Source: Candidatus Omnitrophota bacterium
GTDB taxonomy: Bacteria; Omnitrophota; Gorgyraeia; Duberdicusellales; 4484-171
Direction: 5' to 3'
Assembly (NCBI GenBank): GCA_016935525.1
Contig: JAFGQU010000012.1
Span: forward strand, 1,248-65,247
Length of the DNA: 64,000 bases
Part shown: positions 36,176 through 43,778 of the stretch, piece after piece
Layout of the letters: every line of letters starts with the position of its first letter
Position numbering within the stretch: position 1 is the first letter of the stretch
The notes under the pieces: model-generated
Databases searched by the model: none
What the model was told of the DNA's origin: nothing
Seen by the model: the letters and a program-made list of their open reading frames with translations, nothing else
Position numbers and translations under genes: made by a program

Positions 36176-36338
36176 TATATAAATATGGATTAAAATAACC
36201 AATTTCCAAGATACAATAACCAAATAATAACCAATAATCAAATTTCAATAACCAAACGAAGACTAAATACATTATTTGGTCATTGGGGATTGGGATTTGT
36301 TTGTATCTTGTTCCTTGGTTATTGGTGATTTAAAACGT
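36176..36338. repeat. ACCAATTTCCAAG / TTGGTTATTGG word-repeat module (family G, copy 2)
   Basis: accaatttccaagatacaataaccaaataataacc...ttccttggttattggtgatt; related to 6361-6482. Confidence 0.7.
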
Positions 36339-36339
36339 T

Positions 36340-37182
36340 ATGGGACAAATAGCGAACGGACAATCGGTAAAGCTGTACTTAGACCTCTTGAAAAAGACCC
36401 TTACCTTTACGTTATGGCCGGAACCGCCTCTGCCGGTTGAAATATTCAGTTATAAATATCCGGTACCGACCAGGATATTCTTTAAGATCCTTTCGGCACT
36501 ATGCCGGGTAGGGAAAATGCGGTTAGTGAAAGACCGCAGGTTCGCGTCCGGCGAACGGGAACAGGGACGGGTCTGGCCGGGATATGCCGATACGATGATC
36601 GGTCTTGCCCGGCTTGATAATATCCAGGAATGCGCTGAAACCGTGATCAAAGAGAACGTGCCCGGCGATCTTATCGAAACCGGGGTATGGCGCGGCGGTG
36701 CCTGTATCTTTATGCGGGCAGTCCTTGCTGCCTACGGTATTGTCGGCCGGAAAGTGTATGTATGTGATTCGTTTGAAGGGTTGCCGAAACCGGATGAGGA
36801 GAAATATCCCGCCGATAAAGGCGATACGCATCATGTCCATCAGTTTATCGCGGTATCGCAGGAGGAAGTTGAACATAATTTCCGGAAATACGGGTTACTT
36901 GACGAACAGGTCGTGTTTCTTAAAGGATGGTTTAAAGATACGTTACCGGCCGCGCCGATCGAGAAGATCGCCCTTATGAGGTTAGACGGCGATATGTATT
37001 CATCGACTATCGACGCGTTACAGAACCTGTACCCGAAACTGTCGCCGGGCGGGTTCTGTATTATCGACGATTACGCGTTGAAAGGATGTAAACAGGCTGT
37101 TGACGATTATCGTCGTGACCACGGTATTGCCGCGCCGATCCGCACCGTCGATTGGACCGGAGTATACTGGCGAAAAGAATAG
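36340..37182 (+). CDS. Class I SAM-dependent O-methyltransferase, TylF/MycF (macrocin O-methyltransferase) family
   Basis: TylF-family motifs (GDLIETGVWRGGACIFMRAVLAAY, VCDSFEGLP, GWFKDTLP, MRLDGDMYSST); flanked by MITE-like copies. Confidence 0.7.
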   Translation: MGQIANGQSVKLYLDLLKKTLTFTLWPEPPLPVEIFSYKYPVPTRIFFKILSALCRVGKMRLVKDRRFASGEREQGRVWPGYADTMIGLARLDNIQECAETVIKENVPGDLIETGVWRGGACIFMRAVLAAYGIVGRKVYVCDSFEGLPKPDEEKYPADKGDTHHVHQFIAVSQEEVEHNFRKYGLLDEQVVFLKGWFKDTLPAAPIEKIALMRLDGDMYSSTIDALQNLYPKLSPGGFCIIDDYALKGCKQAVDDYRRDHGIAAPIRTVDWTGVYWRKE

Positions 37183-37286
37183 CGTAGCCGGCGTTTCCCT
37201 GCCTATTTGTCTTATCTAGAGACTATGTTATAATTGACCCATTATGAATCGTATTGTTTAGAAGATGTGTTTGCAGGGTGAAGGTA

Positions 37287-37526
37287 TTTCAACCACGGAG
37301 GACACAGAGAGCACAGAGAGGAATTGAGGGTATTCTCAATATTTGAGAAAATCTGTAATCATCCTGCGAGAAGCATCTCGCAGAAACGTTCAGGGAGCGC
37401 AGGCGGCAAAATAAAATATTCCTTTTATTTACGCGCTCTGCGCTTCCTGACCCAAAACGCTCAATGAGCGTTTGAGTATTACAGATTTTTTTTGCTCTGT
37501 GAACTCCGTGAGCTCTGTGGTTAAAT
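37287..37526. mobile_element. MITE-like element copy 3 (same termini as copy 2; internal 118-bp module inverted, orientation B)
   Basis: Reverse complement of copy-2 interior aligns at ~88% to copy-3 interior while the flanks stay co-linear. Confidence 0.75.
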
Positions 37527-37542
37527 TTCTTGAATTATACAT

Positions 37543-38490
37543 ATGGATGTAGTATTTTTCGCGATAATCAACCTTTTTTTCATTATCCTGCTCGGGTTCT
37601 ATCTGTACCGGAAAACGGTCCTTACCGAAGAATCGTTGAAATTCCTCACGTTTTTCGTGATCAACCTGTCGGTACCGTTTTTGTTTTTCTCGACGATCAT
37701 CCGTACGTTCGATCCGCGTCATAGCCCGCACGTGACGACGTTTTTAGTGTTAAGTGTTACGGTATTTCTTGTCGGTATCGCCGTCGGGTATATTTTTTCG
37801 TTGTGGTCGCCGCGCCCGGTACGCCGGGAATTCCTGAGCCTTGCCGCGTTCCAAAACGGCGGGTATTTACCGATGAACCTGGCGTTATTCCTGTTTTCGG
37901 CCGCGGATAAAGATACGTTCTTGGTCTATATATTTTTGTATCTTTTAGGGTTTAACGTATTGATGTGGTCGATCGGGAGTTTCCTGATATTCCGGAATAA
38001 AGATGCCAGGTTCGAGTTGCGGTCGTTATGTACGCCGCCGGTATTGAGTACTGCTATCGCGGTCGTGCTGGCGTATACCGGGTACGCCCGGTACGTACCG
38101 GAGGTAGTGTTGAGTCCGATGAAGATCATCGGTGACGTAAGTTTTCCGGTTTCAATGATCATCCTGGGGGCGTGGCTTGCGAAAAGCCGGATACCGCGCG
38201 GGTTTTCCGAGATCAAACCGTTACTTAATGTCGCGATAGTGAAACTGGTGATCGTACCGGCACTGTTTTTTGTCGCGGCGCTTAAACTGGATATCATGCC
38301 GTTTTTAGGTTTGTTTATCGTGATCGAAGCCAGTATGCCGTCAGCGGCGACGATGCCGATCATCGCGAACATACATAACGCCAATAGTGAGTTTACTTCT
38401 CAAGGAGTGTTTTTTACCCATCTGGTAGCGCTCGTTACGGTACCGGTATGGATCGAGTTATATTTGAAAGTAACCGGGTTTATGTTATGA
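37543..38490 (+). CDS. AEC (auxin efflux carrier) family transporter
   Basis: 10-TM protein with AEC-family N-terminal motif (AIINLFFIILLGFYLYRKTVLTEESLKFLTFFVINLSVPFLFF). Confidence 0.7.
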   Translation: MDVVFFAIINLFFIILLGFYLYRKTVLTEESLKFLTFFVINLSVPFLFFSTIIRTFDPRHSPHVTTFLVLSVTVFLVGIAVGYIFSLWSPRPVRREFLSLAAFQNGGYLPMNLALFLFSAADKDTFLVYIFLYLLGFNVLMWSIGSFLIFRNKDARFELRSLCTPPVLSTAIAVVLAYTGYARYVPEVVLSPMKIIGDVSFPVSMIILGAWLAKSRIPRGFSEIKPLLNVAIVKLVIVPALFFVAALKLDIMPFLGLFIVIEASMPSAATMPIIANIHNANSEFTSQGVFFTHLVALVTVPVWIELYLKVTGFML

Positions 38491-38948
38491 AAGTTGTTGC
38501 CACCCATCGTAAAGCACGGCATAATTACGATATCCTGGAAACCTATGAAGCCGGGATGGAACTTAAAGGGATGGAAGTGAAATCGTTACGGTTACGCGGC
38601 TGTTCCATCGACGAAAGTTTTGCCCGGGTCGAAAACGGTGAAGTATTCTTATATAACATGCATATCCCCGAATATAGTCAGGCATCGTATTTCCAGCCGG
38701 ATACCCGGCGTATCCGTAAACTTTTGTTGCATAAAAAAGAAATCAAACGGTTGATCGGCGTGACGACACAGAAAGGGTTGACCCTTATTCCGTTAAAAGT
38801 CTATTTTACCGACCGGGGGGTCGCGAAAGTACAGATCGCCGTCGGAAAAGGGCGTAAACTGTATGATAAACGGAAAAAGATGAGGGCGGAGATCACTAAA
38901 AAAGAAGCTGAACACGAAATGCGCCGCCATGCCAAACGTAAAGGTTGA
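38487..38948 (+). CDS. smpB: SsrA-binding protein
   Basis: KVVATHRKARHNYDILETYEAGMELKGMEVKSLR matches SmpB nearly residue for residue; start at ATG 38487. Confidence 0.9.
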   Translation: MKVVATHRKARHNYDILETYEAGMELKGMEVKSLRLRGCSIDESFARVENGEVFLYNMHIPEYSQASYFQPDTRRIRKLLLHKKEIKRLIGVTTQKGLTLIPLKVYFTDRGVAKVQIAVGKGRKLYDKRKKMRAEITKKEAEHEMRRHAKRKG

Positions 38949-39015
38949 TAAATATCGTAAACCCGGTATAATTTTAAATTCATATAGAGTTCTTTAAAAA
39001 TATAATAAAATGTCC

Positions 39016-39285
39016 GGGCCGTGAGCTTCCCGATGTCGCCCGACGGCTTATCGGGATCAGCCTGAAGAAGAGCATTAAGGTTGCTGACAATCGGCTCCAG
39101 GCAGCGAGGGCTTCCGAGCCCAAGGTTGCTGGTTCAACGCTCGGATGTGGTTCGTTGACATTGATTTTGTGAAGTTTCGTCCAAGAACGTGCGGAGGTAG
39201 GCTGTTCGGGAACGAGTCGTCGGATACACTGACCCCTCGGGGTGATTTCGCCTACGGCGAAAAGTGTATACAGTTCCAGCACGGC
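39016..39285 (+). ncRNA. tRNA-Lys-derived RNA-like locus (degenerate tRNA-Lys copy with ~65-nt and ~130-nt insertions at D-loop and T-loop positions), preceded by a TATAAT box
   Basis: GGGCCGTGAGC matches the 5' acceptor/D-stem of the downstream tRNA-Lys; gagcccaaggttgctggttc and ttccagcacggc match its anticodon-3'/T-stem and acceptor-3' segments; a -10 box at 39001-39006; occupies the position where ssrA is often found. Confidence 0.4.
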
Positions 39286-39319
39286 ATATATAATGTTTTT
39301 TTTAAATTGATAAATATTC

Positions 39320-39392
39320 GGGCCGTTAGCTCAATTGGCGGAGCAGGGGCCTCTTAAGCCCAAGGTTGCTGGTTCGATTCCAGCACGGCCCA
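39320..39392 (+). tRNA. tRNA-Lys (anticodon CTT)
   Basis: GGGCCGTTAGCTCAATTGGCGGAGCAGGGGCCTCTTAAGCCCAAGGTTGCTGGTTCGATTCCAGCACGGCCCA; cloverleaf verified by hand. Confidence 0.9.
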
Positions 39393-39398
39393 CGTACC

Positions 39399-39483
39399 GC
39401 GCGGGTGGCGGAACTGGCAGACGCGCTAGATTCAGGTTCTAGTGGGTAACTCCGTGGGGGTTCAAATCCCCCCTCGCGCACCA
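39399..39483 (+). tRNA. tRNA-Leu (anticodon CAG), long variable arm, encoded CCA
   Basis: GCGCGGGTGGCGGAACTGGCAGACGCGCTAGATTCAGGTTCTAGTGGGTAACTCCGTGGGGGTTCAAATCCCCCCTCGCGCACCA. Confidence 0.9.
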
Positions 39484-39484
39484 T

Positions 39485-39565
39485 TTATAGTCGATAGGAT
39501 ATAGTCTCTAGTCGCTGGTCTTTAGTCTCCAGTAAAAAAGACCAGAAACCAGAGACTGAAGACTG
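39485..39565. repeat. CTAGTC/CTGGTC word-repeat hairpin (tagtctctagtcgctggtctttagtctccagt-aaaaaa-gaccagaaaccagagactgaagactg)
   Basis: Direct reading; could also act as the terminator of the tRNA cluster. Confidence 0.7.
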
Positions 39566-39571
39566 CTTGCC

Positions 39572-39994
39572 ATGCATAAATTCGAGATCATCGAACATGC
39601 CGCGGATGTAGGATTAAGAGTATACGGCAAGGACTATAAAGAGTTGTTTTTAAACGCGGCCTGGGGAGCATGCGCGCTCCTGGTCGATGATTTGCCTTCC
39701 GAGAGAGATACCCGTCCGGTCGAACTTACCGCCTCGACAATCGAAGACCTGCTTGTCGATTGGCTGAACGAACTGGTTTCGTTATTTTACGCGGAAAAGT
39801 TTTTACCGAAAGATATCGAAATACAGATCCATCAGGAAGAGTCGAGCTGTGAACTTGTTGCCGAACTTATCGGCGGACAATATGATCCGTATACACAAAA
39901 AGTGAATATGGAGGTAAAAGCCGCAACCCACCATAAACTGCATATCGAACAAAAAGAAGAATATCTCGAAACGCAGATAATTTTTGATGTCTAA
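39572..39994 (+). CDS. Archease (RtcB activator)
   Basis: MHKFEIIEHAADVGLRVYG N-terminal archease signature; paired with rtcB. Confidence 0.8.
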   Translation: MHKFEIIEHAADVGLRVYGKDYKELFLNAAWGACALLVDDLPSERDTRPVELTASTIEDLLVDWLNELVSLFYAEKFLPKDIEIQIHQEESSCELVAELIGGQYDPYTQKVNMEVKAATHHKLHIEQKEEYLETQIIFDV

Positions 39995-39999
39995 CGTCA

Positions 40000-40135
40000 C
40001 GTCACATAGACACATAGTCACAAGGTCACACGTGTCTAAAAAAACAGAATATCAATTTGTCTGGATTCTTTCGTGTGACGTGTGTCGTGCTTGCCCCGTT
40101 GCGTAAACTCAAGGGGTGACTGTGTGACTTGGAAG
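40000..40135. repeat. GTCACACG-family composite repeat (includes gcttgccccgttgcg, the inverse of cgcaacggggcaagc at 48141-48155)
   Basis: gtcacgtcacatagacacatagtcacaaggtcacacgtg ... gtgtgacgtgtgtcgtgcttgccccgttgcg ... ggggtgactgtgtgac. Confidence 0.7.
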
Positions 40136-40140
40136 CATTT

Positions 40141-41589
40141 ATGAGTATCCCACTCGAAAAATTAACCGAGTATAAGTACCGTATCCCTAAAAGTTATAAA
40201 GCGGGGATGCGGGTCGACGGTATTGTCTATATCGATGAGAAGATGTTGCCGTCACTCGTTGATGATAACGCGTTAGATCAGGTCGCGCATGTCGCGTTCC
40301 TTCCCGGTATTGTGAAATATTCGTTGGCAATGCCCGATATCCATTGGGGATACGGGTTTTGTATCGGCGGAGTTGCCGCGACCGATATCGCCCAAGGCGG
40401 GGTGATATCACCGGGCGGGGTCGGGTTTGATATTAATTGCGGTGTAAGGCTCTTACGTACGGATCTTGATGTTTCCGACCTGAGCGGAAAAATAGAAAAA
40501 ATAGTGAACAACCTTTATCATCATGTCCCTTCCGGAGTCGGGTCAAAAGGCGAGGTAAAGGTGTCCCGGCAGGAACAGAAACGGTTGATGATCAACGGCG
40601 CTCAATGGGCCGTATCTCGCGGGTTCGGTACGCCGGACGACCTGGAATATTGCGAAGAAAACGGCGCGATGGAAGGCGCTGACCCCGATACCGTATCCGA
40701 CCGGGCGTATGAACGAGGGAAACAACAGGCCGGGACATTGGGAAGCGGGAACCATTTTCTTGAAGTACAACGGGTTGAAGAGATATTCGATATTGACGCG
40801 GCAGGAGTATTAGGGGTCTGGCCTGGACAGATAATGGTAATGGTCCATACCGGGTCACGCGGGTTCGGATATCAGATCTGTGATGAATACGTACGGCTCA
40901 TGCGGAACTGTCTTACCAAATATAAAATAGAAGTACCGGACCGGCAACTTGCCTGCGCGCCGGTAAATAGCCCGGAAGGGAAACAGTATCTTGGCGCGAT
41001 GCGCGCTGCGGCAAATTATGCCTGGGCAAATCGGCAGGTGATCACTCATCTGGTACGGGAAAGTTTTGAAAAAGTGTTTTCAAAAAGCTGGCAGACGATG
41101 GGGATGGACCTTGTGTATGATGTCGCGCATAATGTCGCGAAAATAGAGACTCATACCGTAGACGGTGAGAAAAAGAAATTATGTGTCCATCGTAAAGGCG
41201 CGACCCGTTCGTTCGGCCCGAACAACAGCGATATCCCTTCGAAATATCAGGGTATCGGTCAGCCGGTGATCATTCCCGGAGATATGGGCCGGGCGTCGTA
41301 TCTGTTGGTCGGGACCGCTCATGCGGAAGAAGAGACGTTCGGTACGACCTGTCATGGCGCCGGCCGGTTGAAATCACGGCATGAAGCGTTGAAGACTATC
41401 AGGTTCGATCAGTTGATGAAAGAGTTGAAAGAAAAAGGGATCGAAGTCCGGGCGACCGGGAAAAAGACGATCGTGGAAGAAGCGCCGCAGGCGTATAAAG
41501 ATGTGAACGATGTGGTCGATATCGTCCATCGTGCCGGCCTGTCTAAACGGGTGTGCCGGATGAAACCTCTTTGCGTGGTGAAAGGATAA
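40141..41589 (+). CDS. rtcB: RNA-splicing ligase RtcB (3'-phosphate/5'-OH RNA ligase)
   Basis: Conserved metal- and GTP-binding motifs (GGVGFDINCGVRLL, HNVAKIE, HAEEETFGTTCHGAGR). Confidence 0.9.
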   Translation: MSIPLEKLTEYKYRIPKSYKAGMRVDGIVYIDEKMLPSLVDDNALDQVAHVAFLPGIVKYSLAMPDIHWGYGFCIGGVAATDIAQGGVISPGGVGFDINCGVRLLRTDLDVSDLSGKIEKIVNNLYHHVPSGVGSKGEVKVSRQEQKRLMINGAQWAVSRGFGTPDDLEYCEENGAMEGADPDTVSDRAYERGKQQAGTLGSGNHFLEVQRVEEIFDIDAAGVLGVWPGQIMVMVHTGSRGFGYQICDEYVRLMRNCLTKYKIEVPDRQLACAPVNSPEGKQYLGAMRAAANYAWANRQVITHLVRESFEKVFSKSWQTMGMDLVYDVAHNVAKIETHTVDGEKKKLCVHRKGATRSFGPNNSDIPSKYQGIGQPVIIPGDMGRASYLLVGTAHAEEETFGTTCHGAGRLKSRHEALKTIRFDQLMKELKEKGIEVRATGKKTIVEEAPQAYKDVNDVVDIVHRAGLSKRVCRMKPLCVVKG

Positions 41590-41684
41590 TGCACGTCACA
41601 TGTCACACGACACACGTCATACGTAGGAGCGTGGAGAAATGCGGGTTTGCTATTAGGAAAATTATATAATATAATTGTTTAAAT

Positions 41685-42956
41685 ATGTTGGACGCGAAGT
41701 TTATAAGACAGAATCCGGATGTCGTGCGCGAGGCGCTTAAAAAGCGGAACGATCGTTACGATCTTGACGCGTTTTGCGAGTTAGACGAGAAACGCCGGCT
41801 GATTTTGGCGAAGGTCGAGGAGATAAATGCCGCCCAGAACCGGATCGATCAGGAAATACAATCGTTGATCAAAACAAAAAAAGATCCCAAACCGAAGATA
41901 GAGGAAGGGAAAAAGCTTAAAACCGATCTTGTCCGGATCAACGGCGAATACGCCCGCCTTAACGAACAGTTTAAAACTGAACTTTTAAAAATACCGAATA
42001 TCCCGCACGAGTCTCTCCCGGTAGGCGACGCCTCGCACAATAAGGTCGTCCGGGAAGGCGGTACGAAAAAAGAATTTAAATTCGCTCCGCGTGACCATAT
42101 CGAGTTAGCCGAGGCCCTCGATATCATCGATTTCAAACGCGCGGCAAAACTTTCCGGTTCGAATTTCGTGTTATTTAAAGGCGACGGCGCGCGGTTAGTC
42201 CGGGCGTTGATCAATTTCATGCTGGATATCCATACCGACGAACACGGGTATAAAGAGATCGTCCCCCCGGTTATCGTGAACCGCGATTCGATGACCGCGA
42301 CCGGCCAGTTGCCGAAATTGGAAGAGGATATGTATGTGACCAAAGAGGATGGCCTGTTTCTGATCCCGACCGCGGAAGTCCCGCTCACCAATATCCATCG
42401 TAACGATGTGTTGGAGTATGATGAGTTACCGATACAATATACCGCCTATACACCCTGTTTTCGCCGGGAAGCCGGTTCTTACGGGAAAGATACCCGGGGC
42501 CTTATGCGGGTACATCAGTTCGATAAAGTGGAACTGGTAAAGTTCGTCAAGCCCGATACTTCATATGACGAACTTGAAAAACTGTTGGCACATGCGATAA
42601 AGATCATTGAATTGTTGGGGATACCGTACCGGGTATTGTTGCTCGCAAGTGGTGATATCAGTTTTGCCGCGGCAAAATGTTATGATATCGAGATCTATGC
42701 GCCCGGCCTTGACCGGTGGCTGGAAGTATCGAGTTGTTCGAATTTCGAAGATTTCCAGGCCCGCCGCGGGAATATCCGGTATAAAGACCCCGATATGGGA
42801 AAGATGCAGTTTGTCCATACGTTAAACGGGTCGGGCGTGGCTCTGGCGCGGCTGATCGTCGCGATACTTGAGAATTATCAAAACGAAGACGGTTCGATAG
42901 AAATACCCGAACCGTTAAGGAGGTATATGAATGGCAAAGTACGAATCGAGAAGTAA
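41685..42956 (+). CDS. serS: Serine--tRNA ligase
   Basis: N-terminal coiled-coil tRNA-binding arm plus class II aaRS motifs (FRREAGSYGKDTRGLMRVHQF, GSGVALARL). Confidence 0.9.
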   Translation: MLDAKFIRQNPDVVREALKKRNDRYDLDAFCELDEKRRLILAKVEEINAAQNRIDQEIQSLIKTKKDPKPKIEEGKKLKTDLVRINGEYARLNEQFKTELLKIPNIPHESLPVGDASHNKVVREGGTKKEFKFAPRDHIELAEALDIIDFKRAAKLSGSNFVLFKGDGARLVRALINFMLDIHTDEHGYKEIVPPVIVNRDSMTATGQLPKLEEDMYVTKEDGLFLIPTAEVPLTNIHRNDVLEYDELPIQYTAYTPCFRREAGSYGKDTRGLMRVHQFDKVELVKFVKPDTSYDELEKLLAHAIKIIELLGIPYRVLLLASGDISFAAAKCYDIEIYAPGLDRWLEVSSCSNFEDFQARRGNIRYKDPDMGKMQFVHTLNGSGVALARLIVAILENYQNEDGSIEIPEPLRRYMNGKVRIEK

Positions 42957-43518
42957 TTATCTGATCACGCTGGCGAAATTCGTTTTCTTTCTCATCTTTT
43001 TCTGTTTTATGGTAAAACTTACCGGGAACCTGCTTTCGGATATGCAGTCGATCGCTACGTTGAGCCTGAAAGTGTTCTATGTCTCCATATTCTCGGCGCT
43101 CATGTTTTACCTGTTTATCGCCGATCTGAACACTATTTACGACCATATCCAGAACTTTTTTTTCCGTCATTCGTTCGTAAACCTTATCTTACCTTCGGTA
43201 CTGGTGCTTCTGGCGCTGGGATATTTTATTATTCCCAAGATATGGAGCTTATCGTTCGATAAAGATACGTTTGTATTTTTAGGCGGGTTTATCCTGATGA
43301 TCCATCTTATCTATATCGCGCAACAGACTCGCGAGGGGAGTTTCGTGGGATTTGTGAACTATCTGTTCATGTTCAGTACATTATATGTGGTCAGTATCTT
43401 CTTGTTCGCGGTCTATCTACGGGTCGCGTTCCCGCTTAATATCGGTGACCTTATCGTCCACAGTTTTAACGATAGTACCCGCCTGGTCGTGGATCTGTAT
43501 AAGCAGATCGTGCATTAA
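42931..43518 (+). CDS. Hypothetical integral membrane protein
   Basis: Five or six TM helices; no recognisable domain. Confidence 0.4.
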   Translation: MAKYESRSNYLITLAKFVFFLIFFCFMVKLTGNLLSDMQSIATLSLKVFYVSIFSALMFYLFIADLNTIYDHIQNFFFRHSFVNLILPSVLVLLALGYFIIPKIWSLSFDKDTFVFLGGFILMIHLIYIAQQTREGSFVGFVNYLFMFSTLYVVSIFLFAVYLRVAFPLNIGDLIVHSFNDSTRLVVDLYKQIVH

Positions 43519-43521
43519 GGA

Positions 43522-43700
43522 AGACGTAACGCGGAATGCGACACGCGTAACGCGTGAGGGGAATACCGAATGTACACTTCCGAAGTGTACAAAGGGGGTA
43601 GCGGTGAGCGGTTAGGAATAGTCGATAGTGTATAGTTTTCCCCCCTCCACCCGATACCCTATCATTATTCGCCACACGACACATAGTCTCACGTTAAAAA
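43522..43700. repeat. Composite repeat: ACGTAACGCGG words, GTACAC palindrome, CCACCCGATACCCT words, GTCACACG words
   Basis: acgtaacgcggaatgcgacacgcgtaacgcgtgagg ... gtacacttccgaagtgtac ... cccctccacccgataccctatcattattcgccacacgacacatagtctcacg. Confidence 0.65.
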
Positions 43701-43778
43701 GTACAAAAATAAAACGAAAACCTCCGGCAGCTTCGTGAGTTGCCGGAGGTCTATTATATCTGTAATAGAGATACTTTA

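Noticed and set aside
38949-39320. Canonical tmRNA (ssrA) immediately downstream of smpB
   Set aside because: The segment is tRNA-Lys-like rather than tRNA-Ala-like. Its acceptor has a C at the pairing position instead of G3:U70, a G2/A mismatch, and no T-arm followed by ACCA at the 3' end. No reading frame ending in a hydrophobic ...AA-stop tag could be found. It is reported as a tRNA-Lys-derived RNA-like locus instead, pending covariance-model testing.
38980-39357. ORFs 38980-39282 (-) and 39145-39357 (+) as genes
   Set aside because: They overlap the tRNA-like locus and the bona fide tRNA-Lys. They have no RBS and no sequence conservation signal.
40187-41615. Multiple minus-strand ORFs opposite rtcB
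   Set aside because: They are antisense to the highly conserved RtcB coding sequence. The R/P/S-rich translations are typical of spurious GC-rich antisense frames.
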